From the IMG/VR virus record IMGVR_UViG_3300026442_000101: a stretch of DNA of 64,000 bases. One strand, given 5' to 3'. Positions 1 to 5,338 of this stretch are shown here, piece after piece. Each line of letters opens with the position of its first letter. Position 1 is the first letter of the stretch. Origin of the DNA: a virus. Its lineage: Duplodnaviria > Caudoviricetes. Under the pieces are notes generated by a model. The model saw only the letters and a program-made list of their open reading frames with translations. It was not told the origin of the DNA and did no database searches. The position numbers were made by a program, and so were the translations under genes.

Positions 1-118
1 TGTTGAGCGGTCGCAGTTAGGATTTCGGGTCGTACCTAAATTTTCCCCATTGCTGGGCGATGTCCTGATGTAGCGTTTTGGACGATTGCGACACTTTAGC
101 GATACCACGTTGGAAAAT

Positions 119-245
119 AGGTCTCCACCCGTGTTTTCGAGACACGGACCTCACTCATGTACCTGATCCACGCCGAACCCCGAAGGGATGGGCATGTTCG
201 GAATCGAACCGAAAGAGTGCGCTCTACCATCTGAGCTAGGCGGAG
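119..245 (-). ncRNA. Double-headed tRNA-like RNA A: outer tRNA body with a nested permuted tRNA remnant; no anticodon; A-CCU 3' end
   Basis: Minus strand reads CTCCGCC TA GCTC-AGATGGTA-GAGC G CACTC [T TTCGG-TTCGATT-CCGAA CATGCC CATCCC-TTCG-GGGTTC GGCGTG GATCAGGTACAT] GAGTG AGGTC CGTGT-CTCGAAA-ACACG GGTGGAG A CCT. Acceptor, D, anticodon and T stems all pair. Confidence 0.8.
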
Positions 246-252
246 ATAAAAC

Positions 253-978
253 TTACGCGCAGCGGTAGTTCGGGTTCTCGAGAACAACCTCGAGGTCGAA
301 GAACAGCTCGGTCTTGATGCTGGACGGCACGGTGATGGAAAGCAAGGCGCGCTCAGGATCTACCTTCAGGTAGATGTCTTCAGCACCAGGGATGCTGAGG
401 GTGTAGTTCTGAGTACGCTGACCTTCGATCTGCTTGATAGCAGAGAGGTCATGGGACAGCTTGATACCATCGGCCGTGCGGACGTTGTTGAAGCGGATAG
501 CGCCGACGCTGTCGGTCAGATCCAACACGCTGGGATCGCCGAAGCCGAACACGTTGAACTTACCATCGACCAACGGCAGGTTCTTGGCTTCGAGGCGACG
601 CTCGGTAGCGCGGCCAATGCGACGACGCAGGACAGTGGAGTACTTGTCCATGAACGCGCCTTGCTGCATCATCATGTCTACATCGAGATCGGAAAGACCT
701 TCAGGCTTGGCGCCCTGACCCACGTTGTAGAGGAACGAGCACAGACCTTTGTGACGCGCGGTCAGTTGCGCTTGCTCGATAATCATGCGCTGGACATGCG
801 CCGGGCGGCTGTCGATGTGACCGAGCGGCAAGTGATCTTTCAGGAACTGCTCTTCCGATTGCCAGGTTACGTTGCCGGCTTCGTCTTTGACGTTGTAGCC
901 AGGCTTACCATCTTCGCCGGATTGAGACGACCAGGCGAGGACAGTAACGTTCTTGTTCACCAGATAGTTCTGAGTCAT
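253..978 (-). CDS. Hypothetical protein; N-terminal half resembles the crAss001_48-like/DUF2829-associated phage domain
   Basis: 241-aa ORF with phage-like codon usage; GYNV...VTWQSEEQF and VQRMIIEQAQL...L.SFL motifs recalled from that family (not searched). Confidence 0.6.
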   Translation of the reverse strand: MTQNYLVNKNVTVLAWSSQSGEDGKPGYNVKDEAGNVTWQSEEQFLKDHLPLGHIDSRPAHVQRMIIEQAQLTARHKGLCSFLYNVGQGAKPEGLSDLDVDMMMQQGAFMDKYSTVLRRRIGRATERRLEAKNLPLVDGKFNVFGFGDPSVLDLTDSVGAIRFNNVRTADGIKLSHDLSAIKQIEGQRTQNYTLSIPGAEDIYLKVDPERALLSITVPSSIKTELFFDLEVVLENPNYRCA

Positions 979-1007
979 GAAAGATCTCTGCGGGTGGTTG
1001 GATGAAT

Positions 1008-1095
1008 AGGGCGTTCCTCGTGGATTTGAACCACGGACCTTCGGCGTGTCTTTTAGCTAAGGGGCCGACGCTCTAACCAGCTGAGCTAAGGAACG
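1008..1095 (-). ncRNA. tRNA-like RNA B with an 18-nt expanded anticodon loop and C-CCU end
   Basis: CGTTCCT TA GCTC-AGCTGGTTA-GAGC G TCGGC-[CCCTTAGCTAAAAGACAC]-GCCGA AGGTC CGTGG-TTCAAAT-CCACG AGGAACG C CCT. Confidence 0.85.
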
Positions 1096-1100
1096 AGAAT

Positions 1101-1213
1101 AGGGGCTTCCTCGAAGAATCGAACTTCGGACTTCCGCCAGGTATGGTGAGCCTGCCCCATTTAAGGGGCCAGGAGGCTCGAAGACGGCACTCTACCAACT
1201 GAGTTAAGGAAGC
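1101..1213 (-). ncRNA. tRNA-like RNA C with a 44-nt structured insert replacing the anticodon loop and C-CCU end
   Basis: GCTTCCT TA ACTC-AGTTGGTA-GAGT G CCGTC-[TTC GAGCCT CCTG GCCCC TTAAAT GGGGC AGGCTC ACCATACCT]-GGCGG AAGTC CGAAG-TTCGATT-CTTCG AGGAAGC C CCT. Confidence 0.85.
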
Positions 1214-1220
1214 ATGTAGC

Positions 1221-1496
1221 TTAAAGCAAACCTTCCGAGATCATGAACTGTTCGAGGTCATCAAAGAAACCATCGTACAGGATTTCGGTACCGGCAAAAC
1301 CTTTCCAGCGCCACCACTTAGGTTCTTTACCCATAGCGGTGATGCTTTCTTCGGTTTGCTTTCTGAAGAAATTACCGACCTTATCGAACGCAACGAGGTC
1401 GGTGGTGTAGAGATCCCCGTGGACGTGCAGCAGCCTGATTATCTTGGCTTCCAGTTCTGGACTAACCTCGAGTTCTTTCAGTTGCTTATTGCGCAT
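1221..1496 (-). CDS. Hypothetical protein (~91 aa)
   Basis: The ORF-track start (1553) lies inside tRNA-like RNA D; the first ATG outside it is at 1496 (MRNKQLKELE...). Confidence 0.6.
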   Translation of the reverse strand: MRNKQLKELEVSPELEAKIIRLLHVHGDLYTTDLVAFDKVGNFFRKQTEESITAMGKEPKWWRWKGFAGTEILYDGFFDDLEQFMISEGLL

Positions 1497-1513
1497 CACA
1501 AGTTTCTCTGAAT

Positions 1514-1664
1514 AGGGAGCACTGACTGGAATTGAACCAGTGACCTTCGTCAAGTTGGCCTTACGCTCTAACCAACTGAGCTAATCACCCATACGGGCGA
1601 TGCCGGACTCGAACCGGCGACCTTAAGGGAGGGACGACGCTCTACCAAACTGAGCTACAGTGCT
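1514..1664 (-). ncRNA. Double-headed tRNA-like RNA D: outer tRNA split at the anticodon around a complete circularly permuted (Val-like) tRNA body; C-CCU end
   Basis: AGCACTG TA GCTC-AGTTTGGTA-GAGC G TCGTC CCTC CCTTA AGGTC GCCGG-TTCGAGT-CCGGC ATCGCCC GTAT GGGTGAT TA GCTC-AGTTGGTTA-GAGC G TAAGG CCAACTT GACGA AGGTC ACTGG-TTCAATT-CCAGT CAGTGCT C CCT. Pairings cross as AGCACTG/CAGTGCT, TCGTC/GACGA, TAAGG/CCTTA and GGGTGAT/ATCGCCC. Confidence 0.9.
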
Positions 1665-1671
1665 ATTGAAT

Positions 1672-1821
1672 AGGTAACTCTAGCAGGGAATCGAACCCGC
1701 TGCCTTCCTCATGTTTGCGTCTACCAATTCCGCCATTGGCCGATAGTGCCGGCCAAGCAGGACTCGAACCTGCAATCCTTTTCAGGAAGGTGAGGACGCT
1801 CTACCAATGAGCTACAGAGTT
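1672..1821 (-). ncRNA. Double-headed tRNA-like RNA E: outer tRNA with a nested permuted Leu-type (class II) tRNA body; A-CCU end
   Basis: AACTCTG TA GCTC-ATTGGTA-GAGC G TCCTCA CCT TCCT-GAAA-AGGA TT GCAGG-TTCGAGT-CCTGC TTGGCCG GCACTAT CGGCCAA TG GCGGAATTGGTAGACGC AAACA TGAGGA AGGCA GCGGG-TTCGATT-CCCTGC TAGAGTT A CCT. TGGCGGAATTGGTAGACGC plus a variable-arm hairpin is tRNA-Leu-like. Confidence 0.88.
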
Positions 1822-1831
1822 AGAATAAGCG

Positions 1832-2115
1832 CCTGGGGAGGACATTCCCCAGGTCTTGCCACTAATTACCCTAGTGGCCAAGGTGCCTTCATATCGCTTC
1901 AGGCAGGTTTGCGCGGTACTAGCTAGTGTCTGACCATGCTAGAACAGTGCTCGGCATGTGCGGCGCTGGCGCTTCCCTGATAACTCAAAGCCAACAGACT
2001 GGCTCCTCGTCGTCGTAGGGTCTAATGTAACTACAAAGCCTTACGTGCAGCTATAGCGCCTCGGGTAGGGAGGGCACGGGGCTAGGATCTTAGGCTTGGC
2101 ATAGGAGTACCGAGC
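1832..2115 (-). ncRNA. Putative structured non-coding RNA (~285 nt) inside the tRNA cluster
   Basis: No ORF in the track. Long-range helix 2106-2115/1911-1920 (9 of 10 bp), hairpins at 1832-1853 and 1856-1881, and further internal stems. Strand is inferred from the flanking tRNAs. Confidence 0.5.
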
Positions 2116-2123
2116 TTCTGATT

Positions 2124-2201
2124 TGGCAGGGGTAATTGGATTCGAACCAATGATCGCGGCGTCAAAGGCCGCTGCTTTAGGCCAGGCTAAGCTATACCCC
2201 G
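2124..2201 (-). tRNA. tRNA-Gln (UUG)
   Basis: Cloverleaf with anticodon arm GCGGC-CT TTG AC-GCCGC, T arm ATTGG-TTCGAAT-CCAAT and encoded CCA; position 1:72 is C:U. Confidence 0.93.
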
Positions 2202-2209
2202 ATTGAAAA

Positions 2210-2285
2210 TGGCTCCACGACCTGGACTCGAACCAGGGACAGGCGAATTAACAGTCCGCTACTCTACCGACTGAGTTATCGTGGA
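2210..2285 (-). tRNA. tRNA-Asn (GUU)
   Basis: 76-nt cloverleaf TCCACGA...GCGGA-CT GTT AA-TTCGC...TCGTGGA G CCA. Confidence 0.96.
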
Positions 2286-2361
2286 ACAAAGGGTGACCCT
2301 CCAGCCGATCTACGGCTAGTTAAGCGCGCTGCGTAATACGCTGCCTGGCAAGGGTCGTAAA

Positions 2362-2445
2362 TGGTGGATGGGGAAGGATTCGAACCTTCGAAAAATTAAT
2401 GGCGGCTTTACAGGCCGCTCCCTTTGACCTCTCGTGAACTCATCC
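2362..2445 (-). tRNA. tRNA-Tyr (GUA)
   Basis: GCGGC-CT GTA AA-GCCGC arm, Tyr-type D arm, long variable region and encoded CCA; one A:C mismatch in the acceptor stem. Confidence 0.9.
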
Positions 2446-2454
2446 AGATGCAAG

Positions 2455-2530
2455 TGGTAGTACCGAGTGGGATGGAACCACCGACCTTATCCTTATCAGG
2501 GGTGCGCTCTACCAGCTGAGCTACGGCACT
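2455..2530 (-). tRNA. tRNA-Ile (GAU), degenerate
   Basis: 76 nt, loop CT GAT AA, encoded CCA; but the anticodon stem CACCC/GGATA has two C:A mismatches and the T loop is TTCCATC. Confidence 0.75.
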
Positions 2531-2576
2531 ATCTTTCTTACATCTTATCTACACGTTCCGTAAAAATGTACGGAAA

Positions 2577-2885
2577 TCAATGAGATCCCTTCGAGCAACT
2601 CCGGCAACCTTTACAGCCAGGACGAGGAGTACCGGCCTTGATGTTGATGTCGGTCTTCCAGGTATGCGTTGCCCGCTCTACAGGAGATGCGGTGATAGCG
2701 ATCTTCACCTCGACATCTTCAGGATCCAGACCGAGCAGCACCCAGATGATCTCATGAACCTTAGGCTGCATGAGCTCGGTAAGTTCGGCCAGACCTACCT
2801 CAGTGAACGGAAGGTTATTCTCTGCGGCCACGTCTTTGATGACGTTCTCGATACGTTGACGGAAGTCCATGGTTTCTCGGGTCAT
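2577..2885 (-). CDS. Hypothetical protein with C-terminal CxxCxxC
   Basis: 102-aa ORF co-oriented with its neighbours; ends GCKGCRSCSKGSH. Confidence 0.7.
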   Translation of the reverse strand: MTRETMDFRQRIENVIKDVAAENNLPFTEVGLAELTELMQPKVHEIIWVLLGLDPEDVEVKIAITASPVERATHTWKTDINIKAGTPRPGCKGCRSCSKGSH

Positions 2886-2899
2886 TTTGATTTCTCGAC

Positions 2900-2932
2900 A
2901 AAAAAAAAGAACGCGGGGTGGTTAGCCCCGCG
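2900..2932 (-). terminator. Intrinsic terminator
   Basis: CGCGGGG/CCCCGCG stem followed by a T tract on the minus strand. Confidence 0.8.
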
Positions 2933-2941
2933 GCTTGTGGA

Positions 2942-3052
2942 TCAACGCATCAACATGGAGATCGCCATGGTAACTGCCATGATGATCTTCAATCGACACA
3001 TTGCTTTCTTCTGCTTAGCCGTGAATGGCTTGAGCGGAGGTTTATGTTTCAT
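2942..3052 (-). CDS. Small basic/hydrophobic peptide (36 aa, not in ORF track)
   Basis: Hand translation MKHKPPLKPFTAKQKKAMCRLKIIMAVTMAISMLMR*; fills the gap between the upstream ORF and the terminator. Confidence 0.55.
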   Translation of the reverse strand: MKHKPPLKPFTAKQKKAMCRLKIIMAVTMAISMLMR

Positions 3053-3061
3053 AGCTCGTCC

Positions 3062-3280
3062 TCAGATGAGTTCGAGTTTCAACCCATGCTCTTCCAGAGT
3101 GGCGATCAGATCCATCACGTCACGGCGCTGTATCCGACCGAGGCGTTCGTAAGACCCGAGCGCTTCTTCCAGTAGGTCAATCACGCGTTCGGAGTCAGTC
3201 TCTTCAGCGTTCTTGGCCAACATCCACTCAGGGAGTGGTTCATCGGGATTGAGCTCGATGTTTACGTTCATGCCTTCCAT
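3062..3280 (-). CDS. Hypothetical protein
   Basis: 72-aa ORF abutting the upstream stop codon. Confidence 0.65.
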   Translation of the reverse strand: MEGMNVNIELNPDEPLPEWMLAKNAEETDSERVIDLLEEALGSYERLGRIQRRDVMDLIATLEEHGLKLELI

Positions 3281-4203
3281 TAGGTCGGGTTCTCTTCATT
3301 GAGGAGGTATTGGCGAATGCGCGCGACTGGGATGTTGAAGCCGAGGTTATTGATGATCGAGATCTCGCGATCACGAGCCAGCGGACTACGCGCCGCCAGG
3401 TGGCGAATCAGGAACTGCTGTTCATCGACGCGCAGTTCCTTGTAGCCGGTAATGTGCCAGCAGACCTCTTGGGATACTTCGTAGTAGGTCTTCCCACCCT
3501 CTCCAGGAATTCTGAGTCCGGCAAACCTGGAACGGAGATGATGCAAGTTGGACGGCAGGGTCATTGGGAGATCGGCAGATCTATTGAGGACCAGCGAGAT
3601 GAATTCCTCAAGCTCATCCATCCCGCATCTCGAAAACCGAGATTTGATGAACTCACGTTCGCACTCCTTGAGGAGATTGAAGTAAGGGATTTCCGCCAAC
3701 TCGGAGTCGGTAGGGGCAGCTGCGTTTTTCGAGTAACCGCTTGGAGGTCTTTGAAGCCGGCCAGAGTCTGCGATGTGGTACTCCTCGAACACCGATGGTC
3801 CGTTGAGCTTTTCGAAGTAAGCGTAGCAGCGCAGTTGCAGATACCCTGCGATAGATGCCCTGACATTCTTCGGGGCGCAGAATAGTGCGCCGCTGGTGTA
3901 GGCCTTGGCTTCTTCAGCCCCCACTTCTTCCAGCAGATTCCAGAATCCAGAACCGGGCAGTCCGGCGTTGGTGCCCGACTTACGTACGACGAGCGAGGTC
4001 AGGTGCGGCCAGTTCTTCTCGATGCAGAAGTGGAAGATGTGGGTGAGCAGACCGCCGATGGTCTTGGCCATCTGGTTGCCCCTGTTAGGGATGCCCACGA
4101 GACCTGCGAGCTCTTCGTAGGTAGTGGTTCTTCTCTCCATTGCCAGAACGATCAGTCTGGCCGAGATTGTCGAAGTTGCGCTGTGAATGTTATTGCTAGC
4201 CAT
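3280..4203 (-). CDS. Hypothetical protein with putative N-terminal winged-helix domain
   Basis: TTYEELAGLVG...WPHLTSLVVRK...LPGSGFW pattern recalled from winged-helix domains found in nuclease-associated proteins; not searched. Confidence 0.6.
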   Translation of the reverse strand: MASNNIHSATSTISARLIVLAMERRTTTYEELAGLVGIPNRGNQMAKTIGGLLTHIFHFCIEKNWPHLTSLVVRKSGTNAGLPGSGFWNLLEEVGAEEAKAYTSGALFCAPKNVRASIAGYLQLRCYAYFEKLNGPSVFEEYHIADSGRLQRPPSGYSKNAAAPTDSELAEIPYFNLLKECEREFIKSRFSRCGMDELEEFISLVLNRSADLPMTLPSNLHHLRSRFAGLRIPGEGGKTYYEVSQEVCWHITGYKELRVDEQQFLIRHLAARSPLARDREISIINNLGFNIPVARIRQYLLNEENPT

Positions 4204-4251
4204 GTGGCTCTCCTAAACACCGTGTGGTGTCGGTATTGTTAATGCGTAGGC

Positions 4252-4662
4252 TTAGAGTGCCGTACGCAGAGAAAACTCCGTGACGACGTGATTGACGTCA
4301 CAGGAGGTGGTGCTCTTTACGAACTCATCGAACTGGGCGTTATGCTTCATGCGATGCTCGACGATTGCTCGACGTATTGCGAGACTGGCGTCTGCGAAGC
4401 CGATGATGTTCTTTACGCATTCATCATGGCAACGGGTGGACTTGTCTTCTTGACGGACGTAGTAGGCGTCCATCTTGGCCCGGGATTCGGTGAAGCTATC
4501 TACGCAGAACTGATCGCGCTTGAGCTTCACCTTATCACGTTTGACTTCCACCACGTATACGCTTAGGGTTGCGTGTGACCCTTTACGCTTGGTAGTGTAG
4601 GTATCGCCCACGTAGATGGGTTTATAGACTGGAGCGGGTTGAGTTTGCTTGCGTAGCGGCAT
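4252..4662 (-). CDS. Hypothetical protein
   Basis: 136-aa ORF in a minus-strand operon. Confidence 0.7.
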   Translation of the reverse strand: MPLRKQTQPAPVYKPIYVGDTYTTKRKGSHATLSVYVVEVKRDKVKLKRDQFCVDSFTESRAKMDAYYVRQEDKSTRCHDECVKNIIGFADASLAIRRAIVEHRMKHNAQFDEFVKSTTSCDVNHVVTEFSLRTAL

Positions 4663-4673
4663 TTCACTTATCC

Positions 4674-5234
4674 TCAGAACCAGGAATGTAGTCTCTCGTT
4701 ATTGATGAGACTTTGGTATTTGTTTTCGATGAGTCGGCAACCCGGCTCAAGGAACGTGCACATCTTGTCGAACGTTTGCTGCGGGTTGAAGTTAGGCGAG
4801 GTGCGGCGGTTGGTGTGGAGACGATAGATGCTATCGAACCACTGCATGACAGCTTCGAGGCTAAAGCCTGCGCACATGCAGCGAACCATCAAGTTCATTG
4901 CCGTCTTCGACATCTCCACCAGGCCCTCGACCTGACGGTCGTGGAACACGTACTGCGGAGACACGAACATGTTGGTGTCCTTACAGTCGTGGGAAACCTC
5001 GATAGCGACGTTGCCATATTCCCCATGAATCATCACGCCGAGGCCGAAGCTATTCTCGTACGTGTAAACGCCGCCGCGAGTACCTAGACCTTGGGCCGAC
5101 ATGTGCGCTTTGGTGATCGCGAAGACTTCGTTAAATGCCATGAAGCGCAAGTGCGGGAAGCCTCGATCTTTCTTGATCATCTTGCCGATGGCGGTGTAGA
5201 TGCGGGAGCGTTCGACGCTATTGAAAGCCAACAT
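4674..5234 (-). CDS. Hypothetical protein, first gene after a putative early promoter
   Basis: 186-aa ORF with AAGGA upstream. Confidence 0.75.
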   Translation of the reverse strand: MLAFNSVERSRIYTAIGKMIKKDRGFPHLRFMAFNEVFAITKAHMSAQGLGTRGGVYTYENSFGLGVMIHGEYGNVAIEVSHDCKDTNMFVSPQYVFHDRQVEGLVEMSKTAMNLMVRCMCAGFSLEAVMQWFDSIYRLHTNRRTSPNFNPQQTFDKMCTFLEPGCRLIENKYQSLINNERLHSWF

Positions 5235-5270
5235 GTTGCTGTCCTTATTAATGGTGGTTATCCAGGGCAG

Positions 5271-5298
5271 TAATGTGTTACCCTAATTTCTTTAACTG
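5271..5298 (-). promoter_or_regulatory. Putative phage early promoter (TAAA-N-CACAT motif)
   Basis: CAGTTAAAGAAATTAGGGTAACACATTA, directly after a terminator; similar motifs at 11171, 21021, 22704 and 23801. Confidence 0.6.
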
Positions 5299-5301
5299 AG
5301 C

Positions 5302-5329
5302 AAAAAAAAGACGGCGGGTTTCCCCGCCG
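5302..5329 (-). terminator. Intrinsic terminator
   Basis: CGGCGGG stem with GAAA-type loop and T8 tract. Confidence 0.8.
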
Positions 5330-5338
5330 CTTATGTCG

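Noticed and set aside
96-287. 63-aa ORF MFSRTRTT...
   Set aside because: It overlaps tRNA-like element A entirely and is better explained as RNA structure.
1008-1213. Group I introns or suppressor tRNAs in elements B and C
   Set aside because: The inserts (about 11 and 37 nt extra) are far too short for group I introns. No CUA/UCA/UUA anticodon sits in a valid loop, and TAG, TGA and TAA all terminate genes normally, so there is no sign of recoding.
1497-1553. N-terminal extension MTKVTGSIPVSAP of the 1221 ORF
   Set aside because: It is a translation of the T arm of element D; the ATG at 1496 is the more likely start.
1514-1821. Reading elements D and E as four ordinary tandem tRNAs
   Set aside because: In the tandem reading the acceptor and anticodon stems do not pair and no anticodon loops exist; only the crossed (nested) pairing works.
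1832-2115. tmRNA, twister, hammerhead or HDV/theta ribozyme identity
   Set aside because: There is no tRNA-like domain or tag ORF. TAATGTAAC and CTGATA-like words lack the required partner helices and GAAA core; a covariance search would be needed to exclude these formally.
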